Source of the DNA: Eledone cirrhosa
Taxonomy: Eukaryota
Length of the DNA: 64,000 bases
Assembly: GCA_964016885.1 (NCBI GenBank)
Contig: OZ024740.1
Coordinates: forward strand, 293,632,001 to 293,696,000
Direction: 5' to 3'
This document shows positions 61,858-64,000 of this stretch, one piece after another. The notes under the pieces were generated by a model. It did not search any database and was not told the origin of the DNA. It saw only the letters and a program-made list of their open reading frames with translations. Position 1 is the first letter of the stretch. Each line of letters opens with the position of its first letter. The translations under genes and the position numbers were made by a program.

Positions 61858-62042
61858 TTCTATGTCTCTGCGCATAAAAAAAATCTCACTTATTGACACT
61901 CATACGTACGACACACACACACAAACACTCATGCATACAAACAAACACACACACACCACTCACTTATACACACACACACACACATAAACACTCATGCATA
62001 CAAACAAACACACACACACCACTCACTTATATACACATACAC

Positions 62043-62330
62043 GCCGAGGTTGACTTTGCCTTTCATCCTTACGGGGTCGATAAAATAAAGTACCAGTAAT
62101 GCACTGGGTAATTGCTGGCCTTGTGCCTAAAGTAGAAACAATTATTATTGTCACAATTATTATTATAATTGCTTTACAACATAGAGCTATGGCCCTCTAC
62201 GTTCCAAGTTCGAAAACCGCCGAGGTCAGCCTTGTTCTTCATCCCCACGGAGTCGACCAAACAAAGTACCACCAATGCGCTGGGACAATCGCTGGCCCCG
62301 TGCCAAAAGCAGAAAAATTATTATTATTAT
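62043..62330 (+). mobile_element. Two partial SINE family A copies
   Basis: gccgaggttgactttgcctttcatccttacggggtcgataaaataaagtaccagt, with a diverged second copy from about 62195. Confidence 0.8.
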
Positions 62331-62643
62331 AGTTGTTGTTTTCTTAAGGCCTGATCGCTGGTGATGGTGATGGTGGTGGTGGTGATGGATGGTGGTGGTG
62401 ATGGTGGTGGCAGCTGATGATGATGTTCTTGTTGTTTTGTTTTTTTTGTTTTTTTTTAAATTTTATTTTATTGTTTGATGCCGCAGTTGTAAATGTTGGT
62501 GTAGTTCCTCTTGATGTTGGTGTTCATTTCATTCTGATGGTGTTGTTGCTGTAGACATTGGTGTTGGTGTTGGTGTTGTTGTTGTAGATGTTGGGGTTGA
62601 AATTTGGTCGTCTTAACTGAGTGATATATATATATAGACATAC

Positions 62644-62697
<54 letters not shown>

Positions 62698-63407
62698 TGG
62701 CTGCCAACTCGTTTTCGAGTACGGCCACTACTTTATATCCATGTAGGAGAACCCCTACCGATGCGCTGAACGAGTGTGACTTTTTAGTCCAGCCAGCGTA
62801 TTGAAAACTCTGGTACAAACACTACACTTGTGACAATTATTGACACATAGTGCTGGGCCCATGGTACCATGTGACAAGTGCAGAGAGATCTCCAGATATA
62901 AAGCAATGCCTGTGCCGTGAAGCTTTTATAGTGAGCAAAGGCACTGCACAAAGCCAGTCCCACTCTCTTAACCAAGATGATATTTACCAAAAAGAAGAAC
63001 AAGTCAACATCATTGGATACCATCAGGGTTGCAGGTGTTATATCAGAGTTTTCCTTCTCCTAGAATTATGCCTTGACAAAGGCTAAGGGGTCATCTCTCC
63101 CGGTGATTTTGGATGGCCATTGACTCTTAAGAGCTCCTTTGCCCTTTGACAGGTTTTGTTTTTAGTCCTGCAGGATGTCCAAAGTCACCCTCCTCACCAA
63201 GAAACCTTGGTGGGGTTGCCAGTTTAGTCGCCAACATCCCGACCATGAGACAGGTTGTACTGGGATACATGTTACCAGTAGCACCAACTGGTGACCTGAC
63301 ACATATATATATATATATATACACACAGGAGAGAGTTTGGCAACAGCTCAGTGAATTTAGTCTAAATGCGTAAATAGACGTATTTAAAACGAAAGAATGG
63401 TATTTAA

Positions 63408-63885
63408 CTAATGTAATGGTATGCGATGAGGCCCACCCACAGCCCCGGCGGACAGAATGGAGAAGGCGTTTCCTTGGAGGACGGCAAGGGAGACATGCGG
63501 GAAAAGCCACTCCAATTCGCGGGGCTCACACCTACGGCTGGCCAGCTCAGCACCTATGGTGGTGAGTAAAGAGGTAGTCCTGAGGCCGAGGACACCAGAA
63601 GTTTCCACTGCCAGAGGAATGACTGCAAACCTGTCGGAGAGCGACCGGTATTTGAGGAGTTTGACCCCCTGAGCCCGACGTGCAGCAGAACCTGGGTCAG
63701 TCGCAGACTGCATCAGGTTGCGGCTGCAGAAAGTGTCGGTGCAAGTGACATCCCAGATGAGGGGTTTGCCACCGCGGAACGGGAAGATGGTCATGCCATC
63801 CCCTTGATCCAGCCCCACCGGCTCGAGCTGGAAAGGGAAGCCTGGAGCGTCCAAGCCATGCTTAATGACCTCGTTGAGGGCAGTA
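63408..63885 (-). mobile_element. 3' fragment of a CRE-clade (restriction-like endonuclease) non-LTR retrotransposon
   Basis: LNEVIKHGL..DGMTIFPFRGGKPLIWDVTCTDT..KLLKY..IPLAVETSGVLG..LAVLQGNA matches the PD-(D/E)xK RLE domain pattern of CRE elements. Confidence 0.75.
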
Positions 63886-64000
63886 AGGAGAGGGGCAAAC
63901 AGTCAGGAATGAGTGAAGAGGAGAAGAAGAAAATATGTTAGTCAAATTAGCTAGGTAGACGCCTGTAGCCAGTATTCCCCGTATTCATAAGATACAGCGC

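Noticed and set aside
45674-64000. Upstream CYP4 exons
   Set aside because: No P450-like, splice-bounded segment was found by eye; the region is almost all transposon, so the exons probably lie beyond the window, though a short exon could have been missed.

Overview
AT-rich, repeat-dense animal genomic DNA. The SINE and LINE families suggest an octopus or other coleoid cephalopod (inference); no prokaryotic features or CRISPR array. The only host gene I can support is the 3' half of a spliced CYP4-clan cytochrome P450 on the minus strand: six GT-AG exons between 45673 and 22291, with the upstream exons not found in the window. The rest is transposon-derived: Penelope-like elements (one forming a ~6-kb inverted structure in the last CYP intron), RTE, CR1, two fused Tx1/L1 LINEs, a CRE fragment, tRNA-SINEs, a hAT-type MITE, and mini- and microsatellites. 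The main finding is an 8.2-kb array of 26 x 316-bp units (3236-11479). On the minus strand each unit folds by hand into a complete type I hammerhead ribozyme with a U3-A8 covariant core, a ~28-bp stem I and a bulge-loop tertiary contact, and nearly every unit also carries splice signals. The array lies directly upstream of a Penelope-like RT/GIY-YIG ORF, which fits a retrozyme or amplified pseudo-LTR that could release 316-nt (circular) RNAs. Two further hammerhead families occur in the window. All folds were derived by eye; none is experimentally or computationally confirmed.
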